Part shown: one piece after another, positions 10,352-20,300 of the stretch | How the letters are laid out: each line of letters begins with the position of its first letter | How positions within the stretch are numbered: the stretch's first letter is position 1 | Source of the DNA: Kiritimatiellia bacterium | GTDB taxonomy: Bacteria > Verrucomicrobiota > Kiritimatiellia > JAAZAB01 | Length of the DNA stretch: 64,000 nucleotides | Direction: 5' to 3' | Assembly: GCA_040767085.1 (NCBI GenBank) | Contig: JAXGPF010000005.1 | Span: 256,001-320,000, forward strand | The notes under the pieces: model-generated | What the model was told of the DNA's origin: nothing | The model's database searches: none | Seen by the model: the letters and a program-made list of their open reading frames with translations, nothing else | Made by a program: the position numbers and the translations under genes

Positions 10352-11164
10352 GTGATGCCGCTGGAAACGCTTCAATACCTGCATCGCACCACGCCGGGGC
10401 CGGTCAGCCGCCTGCCATTCAGCGTCCTCTGCGCCGGCCATTACCGCGTTACACCCCCTTTTACATGCTCCATCCGGATCAAGCCGATCGTGCAGTTGTT
10501 CTGGAGCTTGCGGGGGTCGGGCTGGATCGCACTGCAGAAGCACCGCCTGCCGCTGCGGCCGGGCGACCTGGCGGTTTACCTGCCGGGCATGCGCCATGAG
10601 TGGGGCGCCGGGCGCGGGCCGTGGGAGTTTTTATGGATGAGCCTGGATGGCCCGCTGGCCGAATCCACGGCCGCGGCCTTCGGCTTGTATGCCGAGCGGC
10701 ATCCGGCCGGGCCGGCGCCGCGCGGATTATTCATGGAATTGCTCAAGTGCCTGCGCAGCCCGGCGCGGGGCAGCGAATCGCGCGCGGCGGCGGCGGCCTT
10801 CCAGATCATGGCGCGGGCGGCGCACCGGCCGGCCGATACATCCGACATCCTGGCGGCCGGCGCGGTGGAATTGATGCTCCAGCACTGGCGCGAGCCGACC
10901 TTCAACGTCAAGTCCCTGGCGGCCGAGCTGCGGGTCAACCGCTCATCGCTCAGCCGCCGGTTCCACGGCGCCCTGGGGGTCAGCCCCACCGATTACATCC
11001 AAAGGCTGCGGCTGCAGCATGCGCTGGCGCTGCTGCGCAACACGAAACTTACGGCGTCGGAGATTGCCCGGCAATGCGGCTTCCGCGAGGCGGCGTATTT
11101 CTGCCGCTGGGTACGGCGCGCCACGGGCCAGACGCCGTCCGCCTGGCGCCGCGCCGGCGGGTAA
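10352..11164 (+). CDS. AraC-family transcriptional regulator
   Basis: N-terminal cupin (PGDLAVYLPGMRHEW); C-terminal double HTH (SEIARQCGFREAAYFCRWVRRATGQTPSAWR). Confidence 0.92.
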   Translation: MMPLETLQYLHRTTPGPVSRLPFSVLCAGHYRVTPPFTCSIRIKPIVQLFWSLRGSGWIALQKHRLPLRPGDLAVYLPGMRHEWGAGRGPWEFLWMSLDGPLAESTAAAFGLYAERHPAGPAPRGLFMELLKCLRSPARGSESRAAAAAFQIMARAAHRPADTSDILAAGAVELMLQHWREPTFNVKSLAAELRVNRSSLSRRFHGALGVSPTDYIQRLRLQHALALLRNTKLTASEIARQCGFREAAYFCRWVRRATGQTPSAWRRAGG

Positions 11165-11175
11165 GCAACCGGGCG

Positions 11176-12996
11176 TCAGGGCAATTCCACCAGCTTGAAA
11201 TTATCCAGCAGCAATTGCGCGTCGCCTTCGGGCATTTTGAAGATCAGGTAGAAATTTAATTCATCCGAAGATCCCTTGCGCACCTTGGGGTCCTTGGGGG
11301 TCTTGCCGACGCCGGGGCAGGTGAATTTCAGGACATTTTTCTGCCAGCTCCGGGAAGTCCGGATGTTGCCGGTGAAATCGTAACGCTCCCAACGGGTCGG
11401 GATGGTGCCGGAGCCGGGGAAAGTCTCCCAAGCCGACATCAGCCAGACCGCCTGCTTGGACGGCATCACGGAAGAGAATGAAAATTCGTACTTGTGCCCG
11501 ATCTTCATTTTCAAGGCCGCTTTGTTCAAGCCGAACCAGCGGCCGCCCTGGACGTTGATATTATGCGGCGCCGTTTCGGAACGGGTCCAACCCAGGTATT
11601 GATTGACATAACGGAAATAAACAAACCTTTCCCCGTGCTCGGCGGCGACCGCCGGCACGCCCGGCTGGAGCACGACGGATTTTTCGGCGCTCAGGAGCAC
11701 CCCGGCGTTGCAGATCATGCCCAGCCAGTCCCAATGGCCGAAAATCCAGCGGCTGATGCTGTGTTCGCGGCCGATCCCCGGCCACCAGCCCTTAGGCGCG
11801 AGCAAATCCTTTTCGGTATTGATGCCCTTAATGGCCTCCACGGCGGGGAAACTGGGTTCGGTCTTGGACCCCTTGTTTAAAGACAAGTAAATGCGGCCAT
11901 CCGTATTGCCCAGCACCAGGTCGAACAACCCATCCTCGTTCCAATCGCAGGGGAAGGCATTGGACATCTTGGAGAATAGATTCTTGCCGCCGACGGCCAG
12001 GAAACCGTCGAATTCCATGGCCGCGGGCGCGAGCGTGCTGCGGATGGCGGCCACCATATTCCGGCCCTCCACAGCCTCCTGGGTGCCCTTATACTTGCGG
12101 ATTTCGCCGGTGCGCGTGCCGACGATCAAATCGTCAATGCCGTCGCCGTTGTAGTCCACCACCGCCGGCGTCAAGTGTTCAAACCCTTCGCCGAAGGCCA
12201 AGAAAAATACCTGTTCGGGGATGAAATTCGGGCGGGAGCGCGAGCCGGTATTATACAGGATGCGAACGCTGTTGGCCGAGTAAGTTCCCTCGCCCAGCAG
12301 CAGATCCAGGGAGCCTTTTTTACGCCAATCCGCGGCCCACGGACTCATGTAATTGCCGAACAAGAGCGGGCCCTTCCCCAGCATGAGCGGCGGCAGGCGG
12401 TCGCCCGAGCGGTCCACCTCGTAGAGCGGCATCACGTAGCGCGGCACGCCCATACTGCGGGTGAAGCGCGGCGCGCGAACGGTGCCGAAATTTTCCAGGA
12501 CCGCGACATCGCCGTAGAAAGTCCCCACCAGCACATCCAGGTCGCGGTCGCCGTCCCAATCCACCACGTGAATTTTCGAGCCCCAGCCCAGGTAGGTCGG
12601 CACGAACTGGCCCTGCGTGAATTTGGGCGCGCCTTTTTCGCCGGAATTGAGGTAAATCCAGAGGAAACCGTAAGTGTCCGCCACCAGCAGGTCGGGCAGG
12701 CCGTCATCGTTGATATCGGCTACATTAGGGAAGGACGCCTGCGGGGTGTTGACCATCCGCCCGACATCGTTCAGCACCGGCGAACTCGCGACGTGGACGC
12801 GCAGATAATTCTGATCGTCCACGCCGTCCCAGTAATTCCCCAGCGGCGTTGTCGCGTCGCCCTGCGCCTCGGCGGGGAACAGGTTGGCCTGCTGGGCACG
12901 GGCGGCGCCGGCGCAGCCCAGCGCCAGCCACAACACCATGCCCAGCCACCGATTGCCATAAGTTTTCATCGTCATGCCATTCATCGTCGTTTTCAT
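11176..12996 (-). CDS. Secreted FG-GAP/VCBS repeat protein with C-terminal beta-rich domain
   Basis: Signal peptide; five FG-GAP-like repeats (ADINDDGLPDLLV, VDWDGDRDLDVLVG, ADWRKKGSLDLLLG, VDYNGDGIDDLIVG, CDWNEDGLFDLVLG); ATGA overlap with upstream gene. Confidence 0.85.
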   Translation of the reverse strand: MKTTMNGMTMKTYGNRWLGMVLWLALGCAGAARAQQANLFPAEAQGDATTPLGNYWDGVDDQNYLRVHVASSPVLNDVGRMVNTPQASFPNVADINDDGLPDLLVADTYGFLWIYLNSGEKGAPKFTQGQFVPTYLGWGSKIHVVDWDGDRDLDVLVGTFYGDVAVLENFGTVRAPRFTRSMGVPRYVMPLYEVDRSGDRLPPLMLGKGPLLFGNYMSPWAADWRKKGSLDLLLGEGTYSANSVRILYNTGSRSRPNFIPEQVFFLAFGEGFEHLTPAVVDYNGDGIDDLIVGTRTGEIRKYKGTQEAVEGRNMVAAIRSTLAPAAMEFDGFLAVGGKNLFSKMSNAFPCDWNEDGLFDLVLGNTDGRIYLSLNKGSKTEPSFPAVEAIKGINTEKDLLAPKGWWPGIGREHSISRWIFGHWDWLGMICNAGVLLSAEKSVVLQPGVPAVAAEHGERFVYFRYVNQYLGWTRSETAPHNINVQGGRWFGLNKAALKMKIGHKYEFSFSSVMPSKQAVWLMSAWETFPGSGTIPTRWERYDFTGNIRTSRSWQKNVLKFTCPGVGKTPKDPKVRKGSSDELNFYLIFKMPEGDAQLLLDNFKLVELP

Positions 12997-14366
12997 TGCC
13001 GTGCCCCTGTGGGCGGCCGGCCGGGCGCAGCCGGCGCCGCGGATGCCGGGGGGGCGGACGCGCCGGCAGCGGCTGGCTGCTTGAGGCGCGGGTTATTGGC
13101 CGGCAAGCCCTTGGGCAGCAGCCGGAAATGCTTCTGGTAGCGGGTCAGCAGGTGAACCACCACGTTGATGCCGAAACGGAAGGAGTTGTTAACCGTCTCG
13201 TCGTTGATGTTGCGGTAGATGATCCCGTTTTCCTCGCGCGGCGACGCCAGGTGGGGCCCGTAAACATGCCGCCAGCTCGGGGCTTCCATGGTGCCGACGT
13301 TCACCAAGCCCCACTCGATCTTGTTCTGGCTGTTCAGCCGGGCTTCCCATAAATGGCCGTAACCGTTGAGCGTGTACAGCACGGCCATCTCGGAGCCGAT
13401 GTTGATCAACTCCACCGGTTCCTGGTAAAAATTCATGCCGGCCGGCAGGCCGATATTCTGGAAAAAAGTCTTGAACAGTTCATGGTCCGTGCCCGGCACC
13501 ACTTCGAATTCGCGGTCGGGCATGACGCGCTTCATCTCGCGCCGGAACGCCACGTCAAAGCGCGACCGCCGGCCGGCGAGCGAACTATCGGCCCAGACCG
13601 CGCCGCCCAGGGTCAGGTAATCCCGGAGGTTCTTCACCTCCGACTCCAACAGCGTGAAATCCTTGTGCCCGGTGAGATACACAAACGGCGGGCGCAGGAC
13701 GAAAAGCTGGTCGGTGCCCACATCCAGCGTTTCCGGATACAGGTTGGCATCCAGGCGGTCGCGGGACCAGGCGCGAATCTGCAGCATCAGATTTTGCAGG
13801 GAGGAAGGATTGCAATTCCAGTCGCCGCCGCGGTACTTGGCCTGAAAGATGGTGAATTTCGCGCGTGTCGCCCGGCCCTGGTTCTGCACATCCCAGACTT
13901 TCTGAAAATCGCGCACATTGGCGAAGCGCTGCTGGCGCGCCTGCTCGATTTTACGGCTCATGTCCGTCTCGATCTTGATTTCCGCAACCTTGACCACAGG
14001 CGCCACCGGCGGCGTTTCCGTGCGCACGAAAGTGGAAGGCGCATCCACGGTGATCCGCACCACCGGGGTCTTGGTGGCGGTAACCTTGACTTCCTTGTTT
14101 TCAACCTTTTCCGGCGGCGGGCGCGGCGGGGGCGGCGTGGGCGGCGGCAGCACCAGCAACTGCTCCACGCCTTCGAAAGCGCCGCGGGTGGCCAGGTAGG
14201 TGGTAATTTTATAACCGCCGAAGATCAGTAAAACCGAAAGGTACAAGATCAGCGAAATCAGGAAATAGCGCGAGCGCAGCAGGGCCAGCACTATCACCCA
14301 GACGCCCCGGCGGGCGGCAACTCGCTCTTCCAGTCTCTCGATATTCTGTTCGATCTCGATCGCCAT
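12993..14366 (-). CDS. Membrane-anchored DUF4159 domain protein with TonB-like Pro-rich linker
   Basis: N-terminal TM (YFLISLILYLSVLLIFGGY), PPPTPPPPRPPPEK linker, DUF4159-like motifs GDWNCNPSSL..PFVYLTGH..LRDYLTLGG..FRREMKRV..GINVVVHLLT. Confidence 0.75.
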   Translation of the reverse strand: MAIEIEQNIERLEERVAARRGVWVIVLALLRSRYFLISLILYLSVLLIFGGYKITTYLATRGAFEGVEQLLVLPPPTPPPPRPPPEKVENKEVKVTATKTPVVRITVDAPSTFVRTETPPVAPVVKVAEIKIETDMSRKIEQARQQRFANVRDFQKVWDVQNQGRATRAKFTIFQAKYRGGDWNCNPSSLQNLMLQIRAWSRDRLDANLYPETLDVGTDQLFVLRPPFVYLTGHKDFTLLESEVKNLRDYLTLGGAVWADSSLAGRRSRFDVAFRREMKRVMPDREFEVVPGTDHELFKTFFQNIGLPAGMNFYQEPVELINIGSEMAVLYTLNGYGHLWEARLNSQNKIEWGLVNVGTMEAPSWRHVYGPHLASPREENGIIYRNINDETVNNSFRFGINVVVHLLTRYQKHFRLLPKGLPANNPRLKQPAAAGASAPPASAAPAAPGRPPTGARQ

Positions 14367-14381
14367 AACGTATTCCGCCCG

Positions 14382-14810
14382 CTATTCGTACTGGTTGGCA
14401 AAGAAAGAAAGGTTTTTCACACCGGTCGCCGCACAGGCGTTGAGGACGTCCACGATGCGCTGCTGGCGCACTTTGGGCTGCGGGTGGATGACCACCGGCT
14501 GCTTGTCGCCGAAGAGCTGCAGGCATTGCTCGAGCTTGGCGCGCACGGTCGGCAAATCGCGGTCGCCCGGGGTGTCCATGGGAATGTCGTTGCAGAACAC
14601 CTGGTTGTTTTCCGCGATGGCGAGCGTCAATTCCACCGGCAGGGCCTGCGGCGTCTGGCTGACGCCGCCCGGCACCATCAATCCCAGGTATTTTTCCTCG
14701 ATTTTCACCTGGGCGGCCGAGATGAAATACAACAGCAGCAGGAACACGCAGTCAATCATCGGTCCCATCTGCAATTCGGCTTCTTCGTCTTTTTCTTCCT
14801 TGAAACGCAT
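14382..14810 (-). CDS. exbD: Biopolymer transporter ExbD/TolR-family protein
   Basis: MGPMIDCVFLLLLYF TM helix with conserved Asp; C-terminal VVIHP..IVDVLNAC. Confidence 0.9.
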   Translation of the reverse strand: MRFKEEKDEEAELQMGPMIDCVFLLLLYFISAAQVKIEEKYLGLMVPGGVSQTPQALPVELTLAIAENNQVFCNDIPMDTPGDRDLPTVRAKLEQCLQLFGDKQPVVIHPQPKVRQQRIVDVLNACAATGVKNLSFFANQYE

Positions 14811-14826
14811 ATACCCGTCCCCGCCT

Positions 14827-15291
14827 TTACAGGTCCACCGGCAATTCCTTGTCCAGCGTCGAAAACATCATGTTGGGGATGTTGGCCTGCGCCACCGCCG
14901 CCATGACCTGCTGGGTGTATTCGTACGGCACGCGCCAATCGGCGCGGATTACCACCCGGAAATTCTTGCTGGCGTTCTGCAACGAGCTGGCCTTGATTAA
15001 CGGCACCAGGTCGCGCGCGTCCCAGAGCTCATGCGGGCCGGCCTTGTAAATGGCCTGCTGCTGATTGTCGTCCCACTCGACATCCACGATGAACCGGCCG
15101 GACTCGTCCTTCTCCAGGATGCCGGATTTCGCCCGGGGCAGCACGACATCCTTGCTGATGCGCTCGGCGTCCAGCGTGCTGACGCTCACGAAATACATCA
15201 GCAGCAGGAAGGTGCAGTCAATCATCGGCCCCATGGCGATGGAGCAAGGCGGATCGTCTTCCGTCGACCATTTTGGTTCTTTTCTGGCCAT
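14827..15291 (-). CDS. exbD: Biopolymer transporter ExbD/TolR-family protein (second paralog)
   Basis: MGPMIDCTFLLLMYF; VVIRADWRVPYEYTQQVMAA. Confidence 0.9.
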   Translation of the reverse strand: MARKEPKWSTEDDPPCSIAMGPMIDCTFLLLMYFVSVSTLDAERISKDVVLPRAKSGILEKDESGRFIVDVEWDDNQQQAIYKAGPHELWDARDLVPLIKASSLQNASKNFRVVIRADWRVPYEYTQQVMAAVAQANIPNMMFSTLDKELPVDL

Positions 15292-15316
15292 GGATTCCCC
15301 CCCTCCCGCTAGTCCG

Positions 15317-16198
15317 TCATTCCCAATCCATTTCCGTCTTGCAGTACGGGCAGGCTTTCACGCCGACCTTGATTTCCTTTTTGCAATTGGGGCAGGGCAC
15401 CTTATCCCCCGCCGGCGCCGACGCCGGCGCCGCGTCCGCCGCCGGAGCGTCGGTCACGATTGTCAGATCTTCCGGCAAACTGGCGAAATCCACCGACTCC
15501 AGCACTTCGATAAAAGCGTCCTGAACGGAGGCCATGACTTTTTTCAAGCGCGCCAGCAGGATGAAATAGGCCATCATACAGGGAATGGCGATGACCAGTC
15601 CGCCGTAGGTGGTGATCAAGGCCTCGCCGATATCGCCGGCGAGCTTGGTGGGATCGCCCACGGCGCCGCCGAAGGCCATCGCGTTAAACGCGCCGATCAT
15701 ACCGGAAATCGTGCCGAACAAACCCATCATCGGCGCCACCCCGGCATTCAAGGAGAGGTAAGAGAGCTTGATCTTGAAATCGGCGCTGATGTTGGCGGCC
15801 GCTTCGATGGCGGTTTCTTCCACCGCGTCCCGCCCTTTGGGCAATTTTGACAGCGCCGCCGCCAGCATGCGTCCCAGCGGGCTGGGACTGTCGGCGGCCG
15901 CGCGCCAGGCCTTCTGGTAATCGCTGACGGAGAGGGCTTCGCGCACCTGGCGCAGAACGCTATCCGGGCAAAACACCTTTTTGCGCATGCGCACCAGCAC
16001 TTCAATCAAAACGGCCAGGGCCCAGATCGCCAGCAGCGAGAGAGGGATCATGGTGATGCCGCCCTGCTTGAAATAGTCCATGAAAGTTGTCGGCCGCCCG
16101 TCCGCCACCTCCTGCGCCCAAGCCGCCCATGGGCACGCCAGGCAGGCCAAACCCAGCAGTCCGAACAGCATCCAAGACCGTGCATAACGTTTCTGCAT
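15317..16198 (-). CDS. exbB: MotA/TolQ/ExbB proton-channel protein with C-terminal zinc-ribbon
   Basis: APMMGLFGTISGMIGAF and IGEALITTYGGLVIAIP; tail CPNC..CPYC; AAGGAG RBS. Confidence 0.9.
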   Translation of the reverse strand: MQKRYARSWMLFGLLGLACLACPWAAWAQEVADGRPTTFMDYFKQGGITMIPLSLLAIWALAVLIEVLVRMRKKVFCPDSVLRQVREALSVSDYQKAWRAAADSPSPLGRMLAAALSKLPKGRDAVEETAIEAAANISADFKIKLSYLSLNAGVAPMMGLFGTISGMIGAFNAMAFGGAVGDPTKLAGDIGEALITTYGGLVIAIPCMMAYFILLARLKKVMASVQDAFIEVLESVDFASLPEDLTIVTDAPAADAAPASAPAGDKVPCPNCKKEIKVGVKACPYCKTEMDWE

Positions 16199-16228
16199 GA
16201 CGATATCTCCTTGCTTATTAATGGTAAA

Positions 16229-17122
16229 TCACGGCTGGTCCGCGGCGGCCGCTTCCCGGGCTCTGGCGCCGGCCGCCTGTCGGACCGGCTCCGCCTGCTT
16301 GGCGAGGGCATGGTCGGGATAATTGTCGTTCAACTCATTCAACAGCCGCTCCGCCTTTTCGAATTGTTCCAGCGAGTTGAACACCAAACCGGCGCGGTAA
16401 AGCGCTTCGGGGTACGCTTTCGGGTCCGGGTACAGGGCGATTACCCGCAGGTAGGCGTCCAATGCTTCCGGCAATTGCTGCTGCGCTTCCAAGGCCCGGC
16501 CGATGCCGAGGTATGCGCCGGCGGCGAAGACGACCTGTTCGACCGGCGGCTTCAGTTGCGCGTCAAACGGCGCCGCCAGTTCGCGCAAATCCGCCAGGGC
16601 TTTTTCGTAATTTTTGTTCAGCAGTTCGATCTCCGCCATCCCCAGCCGGGCGTCCACCGCCAGGTCGGACTCCGGATACGCCTTCAGAAAGGCCTCAAAC
16701 GCCCTGGCGGCGGCGGTCAAATCCTGCCCTTGCAGGCAGGTCCGGCCGAAATACAGCAGGCCTTTCATTGCCCAATCCACGTCCAACCCCTGGTATTGAA
16801 AGACCACCCGGTCCAGATTCTGCCGGGCCTCGCGAATATTGCCGTGCTCATAGGCGGCAATCCCGCGGGTGACGGCCGGCGGCGGCTCCACCCGCATCTG
16901 CGTTACCGCCGCGCGGGGAATGGTAATCACGCCCTTGCCCGGCAGTTCGAACTGGATGCCGTCGGCGGTCACCGCCTTGACGGTGCCCCGGTAGTTCTGC
17001 TGGCGGGTGGCTACGATGTCCTCCGCCCGCGCGCAGTTAATGCCGGCAGCCAACAGGCCGGCTGCCGCCAGGATGGCGGTGATACCCGCGTGTAAAAATC
17101 TGTCCCGGTTAACGAATCGCAT
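16229..17122 (-). CDS. Exported TPR protein (CpoB/YbgF-like repeats) with small N-terminal beta domain
   Basis: Signal peptide; FEAFLKAYPESDLAVDARLGMAE, YLRVIALYP, LNDNYPDHALA. Confidence 0.75.
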   Translation of the reverse strand: MRFVNRDRFLHAGITAILAAAGLLAAGINCARAEDIVATRQQNYRGTVKAVTADGIQFELPGKGVITIPRAAVTQMRVEPPPAVTRGIAAYEHGNIREARQNLDRVVFQYQGLDVDWAMKGLLYFGRTCLQGQDLTAAARAFEAFLKAYPESDLAVDARLGMAEIELLNKNYEKALADLRELAAPFDAQLKPPVEQVVFAAGAYLGIGRALEAQQQLPEALDAYLRVIALYPDPKAYPEALYRAGLVFNSLEQFEKAERLLNELNDNYPDHALAKQAEPVRQAAGARAREAAAADQP

Positions 17123-17160
17123 AGTCAGCCTTCTCCGGAAATTGAAAATTCCCGGTGCTT

Positions 17161-17189
17161 ACCCTAATCCAGCCGCCGGTTTCTGTCAA
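17161..17189 (-). promoter_or_regulatory. Candidate sigma70 promoter for the TPR-exbB-exbD operon
   Basis: Minus strand TTGACA (17189-17184), 17-bp spacer, TAGGGT (17166-17161). Confidence 0.5.
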
Positions 17190-17332
17190 ACAGAAAAAAA
17201 ACATCCGAAAAAAATTCTCGCGCTGCGGCTGGAAATGTGTATAAATAAAGACGCCGTTCAGGCTGCCGGCAACGCTCATGCGCGCCCGACCGCCGGGCGG
17301 TCCCCGACAAACGCCAATTGAGGAGAGCATCC

Positions 17333-20300
17333 ATGCATTATTACAAGCAAACCGGCAAATGCCTTTGCGCAGCCATCGTGGCCGCCACGGCGCTGGCCGC
17401 CTACGGGCAGACTTTTGACGAACTGGCCGCCGCCGGCGAAGACGCGGCGAAAGCCGGCCGCTACCCCGAAGCCATCCGGCTCTACGAAAAAATCGTGGCC
17501 GAGGGCAAGACCTACGAAAACATCATGTTCATCAAGTTCGAACTGGGCTGGGCGTATTACCTGGTGGGAAGTTTTGATAAGGCTATCCCGCTCTTCCTGG
17601 ACCTTTCCGGCGTCCGCGCGCCGAGCGAGGGCATGAAACAGCAGTCCATCTTCCTGATGGCCGAGTGCCACGCCCGCCTGGCCGACAGCCAGCCGGAAGG
17701 ATCGGCCGAACGCAAAAAAAGCATCGAGGAATCGCTGAAACTGCATACCCAGTTTCAGAAGGATTATCCCAAAAGCCCCTTCATTCCCCAGTCGCTTTAC
17801 GGACGCGCCTTCGCCTACTACCTGGACGGACAGTTGGATAAGGCGGAAACCGACCTGAAAACCGTGATCACCGACCACCGCACCTCCTCCACGGCGATCG
17901 ACGCCTATTACCTGCTGGCCAGCGTCTTCAGTCAGCAGGGCCTGGCGCTGGTGAAAGCCGGCAAGCGGGATGCAGCCAAGCCGTTTCTCGACAAGGCCCG
18001 CGAACTGTTCAACCAACTGGCCAAGCAGCAAAACAACCTGGCCATGGCCAACGACAGCACCTTCGCGCTCGCGGAGACCTGGTTCTCCGCCGGGCTTTAC
18101 CTGGAAGCCATCCAATATTTCCGCGAAGTCCGTTCCAAGATGGAAGTGCAGCAGAGCCTGCGGAAATCGCTGGAGGAACTGCAAACCAAGCTCGCGGCGC
18201 AGATGGCCAAGCGGGAGGATACCACCCAGACCAAAACCGAGCAAAACCGGCTCGCGGCGCAATTGGCGGCCGTTAACGAAAGTCCCGACCGCATGATTTC
18301 CGCCTACCTGCGCATCAGCGAATCCTTTTACCGCATGCAGCATTATGACGAAGTCCGCATCATCTGCCGGCACCTGATGAACTTCACCGAGGATGTCCTG
18401 AAAAAGCAGGCCAACATGCTGCTGCTCAACACTTACATCGAGGAGCGCCAGGCGGCGGATGCCGCGCGTGAATTCACCGAATTCCAGCAATCCTTCGGAT
18501 TGGACCCCATGGCGGAAAGCGTCAGCCTGGCCATCGGGCAGCTTTTCCTGGCGCGGGACGAACTGGAACCCGCCCTGACGCATCTGACCCGCAGCGTGGA
18601 GGATTATCCCGAGGCCAAAACCTTCGAGGATGCCCTGTATTTGAAATTCACCGTCGAATACATGCTGACCCGCCATGCCGACGTCAAGGCCACCGCCGAC
18701 CAATACGCCGCCAAGTTCGCCAAGGGCAAGTACCTGCCGCTGGCGCTGTATTACAAGGGCATGAGCCAGGCGGCTCTGGGCGAATCCGAGGAAGGACTCG
18801 CCACGCTGACCGACGTGCTAACCCGTTTCTCGGAAAAAACCGAGGATTTCGACAACGTGGATGAAGTCGCCCTGCAAAAAGGCGTCCTGCTGATGCAGTT
18901 GCAGAAAACCGACGAAGCCATCAAGCATTTCCAGCAGTACATCGAGCAATACAAGGAGAGCGCCTACCGCCCCTACGCCCTGTATCAACTGGGCATGGCG
19001 CTGAACAACGCCGACCGGTTTGAAGAAGCGCAGACCTTCCTGCGCCAGGCGGCCAAGGAACATCCGGAACACGCCATCGCCCCCGCCGCCATGTTCCAGG
19101 TCGGGGTCATGCACTTCCAGAAGGAACAATTTGAAGAAATGGCCGCGGTCATGCGCGAAATCCTGCAGATGTTCCCCGACCGCCCGATCGCCACCGACGC
19201 TTATTTCTGGCTCGGATTCATCGCCAAAAAGGACGGCGCGTTTGACGATGCCGTCGCCAACTTCGCTAAAGCCGTGGAAAGCAACCCCAGCTCCGAGCGC
19301 GCCCCCGAATGCCTGCTTTTCGCCGGCCAGGCGCTCAACGAGAAAGCCGACAAGATGGGCGTGCCCGCGGTGCTGCCGGAAGAGCAGCGCCGGATATACC
19401 GCGAAACCCGCCTGGCGGCCGCGCGCAAGTTCGAGGACATGCTGGCGCAATACCCCGCCGCCGAGAAGACGCTGGAAGCCATCCCCGGCATTGCCGCCAG
19501 CATCTTCGAGCTGGTGCGCAGCAAGCAGATGCCCCCCGAGGAGGCGGTCGCCTGGTTCAAAGAAAGCCGCGCCCGGCACCCGGACAACGCCGAATTGCAG
19601 GCGCAGTTGCTTTTCAGCTACGGCAGCTACTTCATGAAAAACCGCGAACAGGCCCAGGCGCTCGCAGTCTTCAAGGAATCCATGGCGCTCCAGCCCAACG
19701 TGCGGCTTTCGCCGGAAATGCTCACCGATTACGCTGAAGCCTTGAAGGACGCTGGCAGCCTGGCCGACGCCGAGAAGATTTACAACAAGATTATCGCCGA
19801 CTTCGCCGATGCTCCGCTGGCCCTGGCGCCGGCCTGGTTCGGCCTGGCCGATATCAAGTATCTTGAGAAAAACTACGACACCGCCCGCGAATATTTCGAA
19901 AAAGTCCTGGGGGATTATCCCTGGTTCAAGCGCGGCAAGCAGGGCCGGGTCAAGCTGGCGGCCATCTACGAAATCAACGAGAATTACGAGGAAGCGGAAA
20001 AACGGTTCACGGAAGTCTTCAACGAGGAAACCGGCGAACCGCGCCTGGCCGCCTCCCTGGGCGTCGCGCGCTGCCAACTGGCCCGGGCGGAACGCCTGAA
20101 ACGCGCCGGAGACCAGTCCTGGCAGGGCATCGTCAAGGTGGCTTCCGAAAATCTGACCAAGGTCACCGTGCTCTTCGAGGCCTATCCCGAATACGTCTCC
20201 GACGCCTTCCTGCAACTCGGCCGCGCCTGCGAGATGGTGGGCGATGTCAACCAGGCCAAGGAAATGTACAAGCGCGTCGTGGACAATTACGCCAAGTACC

